Positions 1 to 10,765 of a stretch of 52,644 nt of DNA are shown here, one piece after another; the stretch's first letter is position 1; every line of letters starts with the position of its first letter. Source of the DNA: Chara braunii (taxonomy: Eukaryota > Plantae > Charophyceae); contig BFEA01000042.1 of NCBI GenBank assembly GCA_003427395.1, positions 4,018,439 to 4,071,082 on the forward strand, read 5' to 3'. Both the position numbers and the translations under genes were made by a program. The notes under the pieces are model-generated. The model made no database searches and was not told the origin of the DNA. It saw nothing but the letters and a program-made list of their open reading frames with translations.

Positions 1-100
1 TTTCTTTGGTGTGATTTTCGTTACAGTAACTTTCTTTCTTTGGTGTGATTTTCACTACAGTAACTTTTCTTTGGTGTTTTTTTTTTTTTTCCACTACAGT
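1..100. repeat. Short imperfect tandem repeat (TTTCTTTGGTGTGATTTTC..TACAGTAAC, ~3 units)
   Basis: The unit recurs three times at the start of the window. Confidence 0.6.
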
Positions 101-208
101 TTCTTTGTGTTTTGTATTGGTGGTGTCTAGGGTGGGGTGTCTGGGGTTGGTTAGGGGACTCTCCGCAGACTGTAGAGGGTTCAGTCCCTTCACGAGTGGG
201 TTAAAACT

Positions 209-230
209 CTGATGAAAAGGTCTGTCACAG
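209..230 (+). ncRNA. Internally deleted copy of the hammerhead-like motif
   Basis: CTGATGA-AAAG-GTCTGTCACAGCCCC keeps both ends of the motif found at 12923, 13051, 16241 and 41171 but lacks stem II. Confidence 0.35.
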
Positions 231-669
231 CCCCCCCGTTCTTAGTCTGCAGAGTCCCCTAGCCAACAAATATGTCACACATGTATGATCTAAACCACGC
301 ACTTCACGACATAGAGAACTGCCTACTGTAGTGAACCGTAGACAGAAAAGAAGAAAAGGACAAAAAATTGGGGGCTGCGACAGACTCGTCAAGAAGAGGC
401 TGAGGCCTCTACATACAGTCTGCATAGTCCCCTAACCAACAAATATTGTGAGTAATGGTCGACCTTAACCCCTGTTGGAGGTTAAGCATCAACCTAACCC
501 CTGTCGGGGCTAAGCATCAACCATTGCCTCACAACTGATACCCTCCTGAGATGGGGACCGCCAACCACTGCCAGACTATCACTCACCCACACGAGATGGA
601 GAACTCTGCAGACTGCAGATTCACTTCCCTCGAAAACAGAAAGATCTGTCATAGGAATATCACAAGCTA

Positions 670-774
670 CCGTCTTCACCCAAATAGAACGCCCAGTCAT
701 TATAGCTGTATTTCGTGTAACTTTCGGTCTAGATACAGCTATAATGAGCGGGCGTTCTATTCGGGTAAAGAAGG
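670..774. mobile_element. Hairpin MITE, Tc1/mariner-pogo-like, with TA TSD (copy 1)
   Basis: TA|CCGTCTTCACCCAAATAGAACGCCCAGTCATTATAGCTGTAT ... ATACAGCTATAATGAGCGGGCGTTCTATTCGGGTAAAGAAGG|TA. Long TIRs; homologous to 42670-42773. Confidence 0.8.
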
Positions 775-904
775 TAGTTGGCTGTGGCGGCTCTGCCGAC
801 CGCATAGGAAGTGGGCACAGGGGACCACAGAACACAAGAGAATGAAAGGCCAAATGCGGCTGTGATTGGTATACGCATTCCCTATGTGTAACCGGCTGGC
901 TTGT

Positions 905-1050
905 ACTAGGCAGAGCTGTCTGCTATATAGAGCTAAGATGCTATGTAGATAGAACTATGCAGGCTGCTATATATAGCAGCTATACATAGAGCTAAGCTGA
1001 TATGTGGATAGAGCTAAGATGCTATATATATAGAACTAAGCTGCTATGGA
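905..1050. repeat. Minisatellite (~22-bp AGAGCTAAGATGCTATATRTAT-like unit)
   Basis: Repeated AGAGCTAAG(A/C)TGCTAT motifs. Confidence 0.65.
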
Positions 1051-1065
1051 GAGGTAAACTGCCAA

Positions 1066-1920
1066 GTGCCCTGGCTGGGACTATGTGCGGTGACTGACAC
1101 TGTGCGACTCTGGCTGTTATGCGTAGTCCATGTCTGCGGTGGCGACTGGTACTATGTGGGCTGGAGGGGTTGTGTGCAGTGGGCAATGCTATGTGGGCCA
1201 GGTGCCCTGTGCAGTGGGCGGTACTACCTGGGGCTGGGTGCAGTCTGTGGTGCTATATATGCTAGGTTCTCCCTGCAGTCAGAATACTATGTGAGCTGGG
1301 TGCTATTGGTTGTGCGGAGCACTACGTGGGCCAGGAGTGATTTGCGGTGGGCAGCACTACCTAGGCTGAGTGCTATGTGGAGTAGGCGGTACTATGCAGG
1401 CTGGGTGCTATGTGCAGCAGGTAGTATACTATGCAGGGTGCATGCTATGTGCAGGGGGTGGTACAATGGCAGGTGTGTGCTGTGTGCAGGGATTGCCGTC
1501 TTCCCCTGAATAGAACGCCTTGTAATTATAGCTGTATTTAGACTGGAAGTTGCCTCAAAAGATATGCCTATAATGATGACCTGGCACTCTATCCAGGTGA
1601 AGACGGCAGTGCCATGCGTGCACAATGAATACAGCTATATGCTTGGTGGTGGTACTATGTGCAGAAGGCGGTACTATGCAGGCTGGGTGCTATGGTTCAG
1701 CGGGGGTAGTACTGTGCGTCCGGCATGCTATGTGCAGTGGGTAGTACTATAAGGGCTGTGTGCTATGTGCTGCGGGTAGTACTCTGCAGGTTCTGTGCTA
1801 TGTGCAGCAGGTACAATGCAGGGTCTGTGCTATGTGCGGCAGGTACTATGCAGCATGCGTGCTATGCCCAGCAGGTAGCACTGCGCCGGTGGGTGCTATG
1901 TGCAGGGGGGTAGTACAGGC
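1066..1920. repeat. Degenerate ~31-bp minisatellite (GTACTATGCAGGCTGGGTGCTATGTGCAGCAG-like)
   Basis: Many imperfect copies; the array is interrupted by the MITE at 1496-1606. Confidence 0.75.
1496..1606. mobile_element. Hairpin MITE (copy 2, degenerate)
   Basis: CCGTCTTCCCCTGAATAGAACGCC...TATAGCTGTAT ... CTCTATCCAGGTGAAGACGG; homologous to 670-774. Confidence 0.7.
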
Positions 1921-2283
1921 ATGTGCTCCACAGACGATCTGGGGAAAAAGTTCAAATCAAATTAAGTGCCCCGTCTTTGCCGTAACAATTCTTCGTGAGG
2001 CTCCCGAGGCCTCACAAATTTCATGTGTCTTTTTTTTGGACATGTAGCTGCACAAGTGCCGTCATCTCAGAGGCACTACAAATCGAATGGCTGAGTCGGG
2101 CTGCTTCTGCACGGAATGCCCGAACGAAATATGTGCCAGAAGAGTAGGGTGTTTGGGGCGGTCGGTTTAGGGAACAAATGAAGTGGGTCCCCCCTATAGC
2201 GCTCAGCCACTTGTGGGTGGCTCTTCTCAATTCTTTGCCAAACTCTTTGAAAAAATGAAAAAATAACACCTCCTCTTTTTTAC

Positions 2284-2430
2284 AAGGGCGACGGCCTTGA
2301 TATCTCATCCTTGAACTGACCTGCCCCAGGTAATTCAGAATTGTCTTGCTCTGTTCATCTGATTGCATCTGGACTCGAGCTCGAGTCGTCTGCATTTCAA
2401 TAGTTGATGGGGTACCAACTGAGCTAGGTC
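2284..2430 (-). mobile_element. tRNA-derived SINE, family A
   Basis: Minus strand reads CCTAGCTCAGTTGGTACCCC (A box) ... TTGAAATGCAGAC ... GAGCTCGAGTCC (B-box-like), then a body ending GATATCAAGGCCGTCGCCCTT. Homologous to copies at 11606, 40156 and 44191. Confidence 0.7.
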
Positions 2431-2471
2431 CTCTTTTGCTGTGGAGCCCCGATTTCTTTTTGAGGAAAACG

Positions 2472-2575
2472 CGATACAGAGAAGAATAGCAGCATGGCCC
2501 CTGCGCAAGGATGACACACATAAATCGAGAAATGGTCCAAATAAATTAAAAAAAAAAAAAAAACAAAAAAAAAAA
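2472..2575 (+). pseudogene. U6: U6 snRNA retrocopy, 5'-truncated, with poly(A) tail
   Basis: CGATACAGAGAAGAATAGCAGCATGGCCCCTGCGCAAGGATGACACACATAAATCGAGAAATGGTCCAAAT matches the plant U6 3' two-thirds (ACAGAGA box, ISL) and is followed by an A-run. Confidence 0.9.
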
Positions 2576-2914
2576 CACTTGCTGTAGACTGTGAAGAAGG
2601 GGATTTATCTTGTAAAGCTCTTATTGTTAATAGAAACTTGATACATTATATCAATATTTTAAACCACCACTACCTTTCGCAGTGTAGTCCGATTTGGGAA
2701 ACTGACCTCATCCGAAAAAATCGCCGCCGCGCGGCCACTGATATTTTTCATCAGCGGCTACCAGCCTCCTCTGAAATGAGTGGGACCCACCCCGCGGCCC
2801 GCATATGAGAAAGGTAGTGGCGGTTCAAGAACAAAAGTCTGATCAAAAAAAAAATGATAGTTGTCCAATCTCCGTAACAAATTTTCGTCCCCCTTGACTA
2901 GGCATCCATCCCGG

Positions 2915-3115
2915 TCAAATAGCCTTTTTTCGTGGGCCAAATGGGCCCGCCGATCAAAAATAGCCTTCTGGGCCCAAAAAATGGGCCTACTGCTCAAATA
3001 GTATCCTGGGCCCAGACGGGCCCACTGCAGAAATGGGTCTGCTACTCAAATAGCCTTCTTGGTGCAAATGGGCTCACCCACTCAAATAGCGTCCTGAGCC
3101 CAAATGGGTCCCACC
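2915..3115. repeat. ~40-bp tandem repeat (AAATAGCCTTCTGGGCCCAAATGGGCCC-like)
   Basis: About five imperfect units. Confidence 0.65.
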
Positions 3116-3879
3116 ACCCCGGGCTTCTGGTCTCACTACTCGTGAACGGACAACGGATGGTTAACAAAAGTCTCGAATGTTGGCAGTCAAAACATAATCA
3201 TGTTGAAGGCTGAAGGCATTTGGTAAAGGTCCCTAGCTTTTTTTCTTCTGAGCTTGGGGTTAGATAAAACAATTTAAACAATTAAAAAAAAAGAAGATAA
3301 AACAAGTGCTTTTTGGCAGCATCTCCGCTCATGGTGAATCGCAGGAGGCAGTGTAGTCTATGTTGGCTTGTCTGTCTGTTAACCATCCAACCTGTGTCTT
3401 CTTCTGGCTCTGCTGGGATCATAGGCCTGTCTCGTCTTACGACTGACACGCCCAGACTGATCCGTTTGTCAGTGTCTCAATCTGTCTGCCATATTCTGGC
3501 CGCCATCTTCTGTCTGTGTCAGTGTCTCAATCTCAGTTTTTCACATTCTATTAAAATCAATCTGCTTGTGTGTCCATCTGTATGATCTTCCCGTCTCCTT
3601 ATCGCCTTGTCTGTTTATCTCTATGTCTGTATAGTTGTCGGTCAGTCTGCCTGGTCGTCTATCCGTCAGTCAGTCTGCCTGGTTGCCTATCCGTCAGTCA
3701 GTCTGTCGCTTTGCCTGCCTGTACTTACATCTGTCAGTCTGTCTCCCTGTCAGTCTGGATGCGCATGTATGGAGGTCTGTTAGTCAGTCTGTCTGCTTGC
3801 TTGTTTATCAGTATGCCTGTCAGTCTGAGTCTCCCTGTCTTCTGTCCCTTGACATTTCTCGTTCTGTCGGCCAGGTCTT

Positions 3880-4915
3880 TGGGTTCCTCTGTCCGTCTGT
3901 CTCCGTTTTTCGTTGTTCGTCTTCGTTTGTCTCCGTTTATCTCTGTCTGCCCCGGTTTGTCTCCGTTTGTCTCTGTTTGTCTCTGTATGCCTCAGTTTGT
4001 CTCAGTTTGTCTCCACTTGTCACTGTTCGTCTCCACTTGTCACTGTTCGTCTCCACTTGTCACTGTTTATCTCCACTTGTCACTGTTTGTCTCCATTTGC
4101 CTCCGTTTGTATCTGTTTACCTCTGTTTATGTCGCTGTTTGTCTCGGTTTATCTCTGACTGCCCTGGTTTGTCTCCGTTTTGTCTCCGTTTTGTCTCCGT
4201 TTTGTCTCCGTTCGTCTCCGTTCGTCTCCGTTCGTCTCCGTTCGTCTCCGTTTGTCTCCGTTTGTCTCCGTTTGTCTCCGTTTGCCTCCATTTGTCTCCA
4301 TTTCTCTGTTTGTCTCTGTTTACCTCTGTTTATGTCTCTGTTTGTCTCTGTCTGCCTCTGTTTATGTCTCTGTTTATGTCTCTGTTTATGTCTCTGTTTA
4401 TGTCTCTGTTTATGTCTCTGTTTATGTCTCTGTTTGTCTCTGTTTGTCTCTGTTTGTCTCTTTTTATGTCTCTGTTTGTCTCTGTTTGTCTCTGTTTGTC
4501 TCTGTTTGTCTCTGTTTGTCTCTGTTTATGTCTCTGTTTGTCTCTGTTTGTCTCTGTTTGTCTCTGTTTGTCTCTGTTTGTCTCTGTTTGTCTCTGTTTG
4601 TCTCTGTTTGTCTCTGTTTGTCTGTGTTTGTCTCTGTTTCTCTGTTTCATTTAGTCGATTGTCTCTGTTTATCTCTGTTTACCTCTGTTTATGTCTCTGA
4701 TTGTTTCTGTCTGCCTCTGTTTATGTCTCTGTTTGCCTCTGTTTATGTCTCTGTTTGCCTCTGTTCATGTCTCTGTTTGTCTCTGTTTGTCTCTGTTTCA
4801 TTTAGTCGATTGTCTCTGTTTGTCTCAGTTTATGTCTCTGTTAAGTCTGTTTCATTTAGTTGATTGTCTCTGTTTGTCTCTGTTTGTCTCTGTTTATGTC
4901 TCTGTTTCATTTAGT
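3880..4915. repeat. 10-bp satellite (TGTCTCTGTT and variants TGTCTCCGTT, CGTCTCCGTT, and 12-bp TATGTCTCTGTT)
   Basis: About 1 kb array. It generates the spurious long CLCL/SLFV ORFs at 3570-5173. Confidence 0.95.
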
Positions 4916-5480
4916 CGCTCTGTCTGCTGCTGTTGGTCTATACTGCTCTATAGTCTTGCTGCTTTCTCTCTGCATTCTCAGTCTATCAGTCTGTCAGTCA
5001 GTGGGACAATCTGTTGGCTTGCCAGTCTGTCGTGCACCCATCTGTCAGTCGGTCGGTTTTTCGGTTCCCTTCTTTATACCGTCTTTCCCCAAGGCGTGTG
5101 TGTGTGCGTTTACATGTGTGTGTGTCTCTCTCTCTGCCAGTTTCACTTTTCATATCTGTTGATCGCTGTGTGATGGGTTATCTGTCTCTCTCTGCGAGTC
5201 TGTCTGTCTCCTACTGTTTATATCTGTCTATGTGTTCTACAGTGTTCCGTCTTTTTATCTGTGTACGTACCTCCTTGCCAGCCTGTTCTGCTGTGTCTGC
5301 CAACCTGGTATACGACTCAATGGATCCCCCTTTATGCATTCCACAGTGAGGGACTTAACTTGCTCCCTTATGATAAGACATGACTGCACATTGTGTAGGT
5401 TGATGTTTTGCCTAGAATGATTCTTTTTTGGCCAAAGGCAACACCTTTGGCCCGTATGTTCATCCTACTAGTTTCCTAGT

Positions 5481-5599
5481 TTTTTTGTTCTTTTTGTTGA
5501 AATGTGGACCATTTCTCGATTCATGCATGTCATCCTTGTGCAGGTGCCATGCCAATCTTCTCTGTATCGTTCCAATTTTAACGGATGTCTCGAAGGAGA
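5481..5599 (-). pseudogene. U6: Near full-length U6 snRNA processed pseudogene with A-rich tail and ~10-bp TSD
   Basis: Reverse complement reads TCTCCTTCGAGACATCCGTTAAAATTGGAACGATACAGAGAAGATTGGCATGGCACCTGCACAAGGATGACATGCATGAATCGAGAAATGGTCCACATTT plus an A-rich tail. Flanked by GTTTCCTAGT (5471-5480) and GTTGCCTAGT (5600-5609). Confidence 0.92.
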
Positions 5600-5822
5600 G
5601 TTGCCTAGTATTTCTGGCCTATCCCCCTTTCCTTTTTGCTTTCTTTTCTGAAACAGGGTATTATGGCTCTGGCCTGTCCCCGTCTTTATTCAATTTGCCC
5701 TCCATCTTTCTTTTGGTTCATGGGTATATAGATTTCAATGTGTGTTCTGAGTATGAAGAGGCGTGTTGCATGTGTGTGTGGTGTTAGGTGGGTAGGTGGG
5801 GCGCCGCCGAAGGGGCAAGGGG

Positions 5823-5835
5823 GGAGAGAGGGAGG

Positions 5836-5916
<81 letters not shown>

Positions 5917-6021
5917 NNNNNNNNNNNNNNNNNNNNNNNNNNNNNNNNNNNNNNNNNNNNNNNNNNNNNNNNNNNNNNNNNNNNNNNNNNNNNNNNNNNN
6001 NNNNNNNNNNNNNNNNNNNNN

Positions 6022-6070
<49 letters not shown>
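5823..6070. repeat. (GA)n microsatellite spanning an assembly gap
   Basis: Seen directly. Confidence 0.95.
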
Positions 6071-6076
<6 letters not shown>

Positions 6077-6358
6077 ACGGTGGGACTGTATTTGATGTAT
6101 TGATTGATATCTATGCATTCCTTTGTGGATCATTTGTTGATAGATTGACCGGTGTGTTGATGGACTGATCGATTGTGTGATTCATGATTGGGGATTGCAG
6201 GAAGTGACCCAGAAGTGGAGGGGTGGGAGGAAAGCCATGAGCAATTGTAGGAGACGGAGGGCGTGAGGAAGTGTACGAACAAGAGGGGAAAGTGAAAACA
6301 AGAGGGCGATTGAGCGAAAGAAGGGAAACATACCCTTGCATGGTTGGGTTATGAGATA

Positions 6359-9300
6359 ATGCGACCTCAGGTGCCCATGACAGGGTGGGGAGCACCTGAA
6401 GCGGCTCCTCAAGGGCCAGGGGTATCCTTCGGGGCTCCACCAACACAACAGCAGATGCCAACATACGGGACTCTGCCATCGCAACAGCAACAGTTACCTC
6501 TGGGTCCATCCTATCAGCATCAAGGACCACCGGGGCCGTCACCAGTGGTTGCCCATCAAACCTCTACGGGCCAGCAAATGATAGGATCAAGCACTGGCCC
6601 ACAGCAAGGCTTCAGGCCAACTGGCAGTCCTATGCAGCGTCCCGGCCCTCCGCCGATGATGGGTGCACCGCTGGTGGGCCCCAGGGATTTTCAGCGTGGC
6701 CCACCTCCGAGTTCCACCGCCTCTGCGACGCTGACACCAGGACCTATGGGACAAATGCGCCCCCCGTCAATGCGTCCTATGGGTGGAGGTGACATGGTGG
6801 GCCTGCAACATCGTCAGTCTACCCCGCAGCAGCATCTGACCTCGGGAGTGGGAGGAGAGTTGATGGGGAATGGCCCCCCGGTCCCGCGTTCGGGAACAAT
6901 GGGGATGGGTTATCCACCGGGACCACCACCACCTTCTGGTACAGCTGGGCTGGGCCCTGGGTTCAGGGGTCCTCCTGCTCCTGCAGGTGCAGGGGCAGCG
7001 CTGTGGAGCCAGCCAGGTGATGGGCCGTTACGTCCTCCTCTTCCCCCTTCGGCTTCGTCATTGCCGCAATCAGAGAGCATGCGGGAGGGTTCTGCGCCTG
7101 CAACAGCGAACTCCTTTTTCACATCCCCATCTCCAATGAGTCCCCCTGGTCTGACAGGCCCGTCCGGACCACAAGCGATGGCAGTCGGACCACCACCTCA
7201 TGGCCCTCGTCCATCGTCTTCACCCTTGCCGTATGGTCTCGGTGATCCTCAGCCAGGTGGCAGGGGTGGTGTCTCTGCCCCTCCAATGTCTCGGTCGCTG
7301 CCCCCCACAAATGCCGCTCCTCCCACATCACATCCACCCTACATGTCAGCCTACACACCGTCGCCACCACAGCCTCCAATGATGCAGATGAGGCAGATGT
7401 CACTGGGTGCTCCTGCATCCGCCTCTGTGCCTCCTGTCCAATCAATGGGGCTGCCTTCACAGGGATCTTTTGCGCCTATGGGACCGCCATCTCAACCGCC
7501 GACCATGATGCACCCTTCCATTGGGGCCCCGGGACTTGGACAACAGCAACACGTGTATTCAGATCCATACGGTTCGAGGATGCCTGGAGGAGCTCGCCCT
7601 TTGCATGGTTCTCTTGGGGTCTCAAATGCGCAAGTTGCTCATGGGTCTGTCAGCAGCCCCCCGCCGCCTATGTCTCGTATTGACCCCCACTCTATCCCCC
7701 ACCCAATAGAGGGGGAATCGGTAGATGAGGTGTTTCAGACACGCGCAGGCGGGATGGGAACCCCTCCCCCCCCAGCCACATCTCATTTTGTGGCGAAAGA
7801 CACCGGAAATTGTAACCCTAGGTTCATGAGATGCACGATGAGTCAGATACCAGTGAATGACGACTTGCTGACAAAGTCGGCGATGCCGTTGGCACTCATG
7901 GTCCAGCCACTTGCATTGCCGGATCCAGAGGAAGAACAGATCCAGGTAGTGGATTTCGGCGAGTCGGGACCTGTACGATGTGCACGATGCAAGGCATACA
8001 TCAACCCTTTCATGAGGTTTCTGGACGCGGGGCGGCGATTTCAATGTAACCTCTGTGGTAACATGAATGAGACGCCAAGGTCATATTTCTGCAATTTGGG
8101 GCCCGACATGAGACGAAGGGACGCGGATGAGCGCCCAGAATTGTGCAAAGGCACTGTGGAATTTGTGGCAACGCCGGAGTTCATGATCCGACCGCCGATG
8201 TCGCGAACGTACTTCTTCTTGATCGATGTGTCGATGACCGCCGTCTCCAGTGGCATGACAGCTTGCGTATGCAATGCTATCTGCAGGTGCCTGAGCGGGT
8301 TGCCCGAAAGCTCAAGGACCATGATTGGGATTGCGACATTCGATGCGACAATTCATTTCTACAACTTGAGTCCTTCTCTGTCCCAACCTGCAATGCTGGT
8401 GGTCCCCGATGTGGATGACGTCTATGCACCTCAACCGTTGGATTTGGTTGTCCCTCTTCGGAGGAGTTTCGACCATATCGTGGCCCTCCTGGAGAACATT
8501 CCAAGCATGTTCCAAAACACACGCATTGCCGACTCCTCGTTCGGTGCAGCAGTTCAGGGTGCCTATCTTGCGCTGAAGCCCACAGGAGGCCGGTTACTAG
8601 TGTTTCAGTCCGTGTTGCCAACCATCGGTGTTGGCGCGTTGCGTGGGCGAGAAAGCGAGGCAAAGTCGTCGTCTGTGGCAACAGCGACAGGAGACAAAAA
8701 GGAAACACACAAGCTTCTTCTCCCAGCAGATCCAACTTTCAAGAAACTCGCAACGGAATTTGCAGAGTTTCAAGTTTCTGTCGATTTGTTTCTCACTTCT
8801 CTTGCGTACGTCGACGTCGCATCCTTGTCTGTCCTTCCTAAAACTACTGGCGGCCAGGTGTATTATTACTCCCCTTTCGCTGCAGCCGTCGATTCTTCGA
8901 AGATTTATAACGATCTCCGATGGAACTTAACAAGACCGCAAGGTTTCGAAGCAGTACTGAGAGTGAGGTGCAGTCGGGGGCTCTCGGTTCAGGATTACAG
9001 AGGAAACTTCTGCAAGCGCATTCCCACGGACGTAGACCTGCCGTCGATCGATTGCGACAAATCAATCATGGTGACATTCAAGCATGATGATAAGCTTCAG
9101 GATGGCGAAGAGGTATGCTTCCAGTGCGGGCTGCTCTACACGACGGCAGAAGGGCAGAGACGGATCAGAGTGCACACACTTTCTTTGCCTTGCACGTCTG
9201 CTCTGGGCAACCTTTTCCGGTGCGCGGACCTGTATACACAGTTCGCCTACTTCTTGAAGCAAGCGGCGGAGCAGGTTCCGTCGACTCCTCTAGGAACAAT

Positions 9301-10021
9301 CAGAGAAAGTATCGTGAATCATTGCGTGAACATTCTGCATTCTTACCGCAAGAATTGTGCAACGTCGACGGCCCCCGCACAGCTCGTTCTGCCAGAAGCC
9401 CTCAAGCTGCTGCCTCTATACACTCTGGCGTTGCAGAAAAGCGTCGGGCTCAGGTCTGACGTGTTCGTGGATGAGAGAGCGTATTGGCTTGCGCGGGTGT
9501 CATCGTTGTCGACCGCTTTGTCCATTCCTCTGGTCTATCCACGGATGTTCGCTTTGCACAATCTCCCATCTACGGGAGATGCCAACGCCAACGGTTCTTC
9601 AGCTGGTGGAATATTGCCTCTTCCCGTTCATCTCTCAAGCGAGAGGCTGGACCACGAGGGCGTATTTTTGCTCGAAAATGGCGAGGATGCTTATATTTGG
9701 GTCGGGAAGGGAGCGAGCACCGATCTGCTCTACCAGTTGTTCGGTGTCCGGTCCGTCGATGAAATAATGCCGCCAGGCCAGTTCGTGCTGCAGGAGTACG
9801 ACAACGAGCACTCGAAGCGGCTGCATGAAATCCTGAACCACATCCGACGGCAGCGATGCTCTTACCTTCGCTTGCGAGTTATTCGGCGAGGTGATCCCTT
9901 GGAGAATGCTTTCTTCTGGAACCTCGTGGAGGACAAGACGCCCGGGAACGCGTCGTACACGGAGTTTCTTTGTCACGTCCACCAGCAGATACAGAATAAG
10001 CTAGCAGGGTCAGTAAACTGA
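6359..10021 (+). CDS. SEC24: Protein transport protein Sec24 (COPII cargo adaptor, Sec24C/CEF-like), intronless
   Basis: Pro/Gly/Gln-rich N-terminus; GNCNPRFMRCT motif; zinc finger RCARC-x18-CNLC; trunk/vWA domain (YFFLIDVS, IATFDATIHFY); beta-sandwich (GFEAVLRVRCSRG, GQRRIRVHT); helical domain (LPEALKLLPLYTLAL); gelsolin-like domain (LLENGEDAYIWVG). First in-frame ATG is at 6359; the ORF track starts at an upstream TTG. Confidence 0.96.
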   Translation: MRPQVPMTGWGAPEAAPQGPGVSFGAPPTQQQMPTYGTLPSQQQQLPLGPSYQHQGPPGPSPVVAHQTSTGQQMIGSSTGPQQGFRPTGSPMQRPGPPPMMGAPLVGPRDFQRGPPPSSTASATLTPGPMGQMRPPSMRPMGGGDMVGLQHRQSTPQQHLTSGVGGELMGNGPPVPRSGTMGMGYPPGPPPPSGTAGLGPGFRGPPAPAGAGAALWSQPGDGPLRPPLPPSASSLPQSESMREGSAPATANSFFTSPSPMSPPGLTGPSGPQAMAVGPPPHGPRPSSSPLPYGLGDPQPGGRGGVSAPPMSRSLPPTNAAPPTSHPPYMSAYTPSPPQPPMMQMRQMSLGAPASASVPPVQSMGLPSQGSFAPMGPPSQPPTMMHPSIGAPGLGQQQHVYSDPYGSRMPGGARPLHGSLGVSNAQVAHGSVSSPPPPMSRIDPHSIPHPIEGESVDEVFQTRAGGMGTPPPPATSHFVAKDTGNCNPRFMRCTMSQIPVNDDLLTKSAMPLALMVQPLALPDPEEEQIQVVDFGESGPVRCARCKAYINPFMRFLDAGRRFQCNLCGNMNETPRSYFCNLGPDMRRRDADERPELCKGTVEFVATPEFMIRPPMSRTYFFLIDVSMTAVSSGMTACVCNAICRCLSGLPESSRTMIGIATFDATIHFYNLSPSLSQPAMLVVPDVDDVYAPQPLDLVVPLRRSFDHIVALLENIPSMFQNTRIADSSFGAAVQGAYLALKPTGGRLLVFQSVLPTIGVGALRGRESEAKSSSVATATGDKKETHKLLLPADPTFKKLATEFAEFQVSVDLFLTSLAYVDVASLSVLPKTTGGQVYYYSPFAAAVDSSKIYNDLRWNLTRPQGFEAVLRVRCSRGLSVQDYRGNFCKRIPTDVDLPSIDCDKSIMVTFKHDDKLQDGEEVCFQCGLLYTTAEGQRRIRVHTLSLPCTSALGNLFRCADLYTQFAYFLKQAAEQVPSTPLGTIRESIVNHCVNILHSYRKNCATSTAPAQLVLPEALKLLPLYTLALQKSVGLRSDVFVDERAYWLARVSSLSTALSIPLVYPRMFALHNLPSTGDANANGSSAGGILPLPVHLSSERLDHEGVFLLENGEDAYIWVGKGASTDLLYQLFGVRSVDEIMPPGQFVLQEYDNEHSKRLHEILNHIRRQRCSYLRLRVIRRGDPLENAFFWNLVEDKTPGNASYTEFLCHVHQQIQNKLAGSVN

Positions 10022-10698
10022 CTCCTGGTTTGAGCAACAGATGTGTACCTGCTGTTTTGTTGACAACGGAGATACAATAGTGACATCGAACACGACATGC
10101 TGGGCGGTTTACCTCTCACGGAATCGCACGAAGCGTCCGCCGAACCACAGGCGAAAATGCCCATCCAATACTCTCTTTCTTCCCGAGTCAAGCGCTCAGA
10201 AATGGAGAATCCTTTCCGTCGAAACCGCCCTGCATTGCGAGGACGGCCGATTTGAGTAAGATGGGGTTGCTGGAAGTTTAATCCACCAGTACCTCAGGGG
10301 GTCTTAGGCCCCCTCTCACACGAATGAATACAGACCCGCGCGGCACACCGATTCATTCACCGCGTCAGCGCCTAAAAACGAGGTAGGATCTGGTGGCTTA
10401 AGGCACTTGCGATGTTTCGCATCTTGGCATCGACTTGGTGTGTCTTTTCTGAAGGGATGTCGTTGCTACAGAACGAGGCTCGAAGAGATCTCCGACCCTT
10501 CGCATTTTTTTACGTGTTCTTATGTCGTTTGTCTACGTGACACGATGGGTTGATTATTTCCTTTGTTCGTAGGAAGTAAGTGTAGTCGCTGCATCCATGT
10601 CCGCATGTGAGCATGGCTGGATCGGTGTGAGCATGGCGGTAGAAGAGAATACGTGTTTGACACAGAGATTGTAGGCGCCCTGTGCGGACGATTGATAT

Positions 10699-10765
10699 GG
10701 TGAATAAATTGTGGTGATTGTTACAGGTGAATAAATTGTGGTGATTGTTAAAGGTGAATAAATTA
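10699..10765. repeat. 27-bp tandem repeat (GGTGAATAAATTGTGGTGATTGTTA(C/A)A), ~2.5 copies
   Basis: Seen directly, downstream of Sec24. Confidence 0.7.

Noticed and set aside
3570-5173. Long ORFs of 376, 339, 227 and 160 aa
   Set aside because: They are translations of the 10-bp satellite in several frames at once, with no protein-like complexity.
6111-10191. Many short ORFs overlapping Sec24 on both strands
   Set aside because: These are shadow frames of a GC-rich real CDS.
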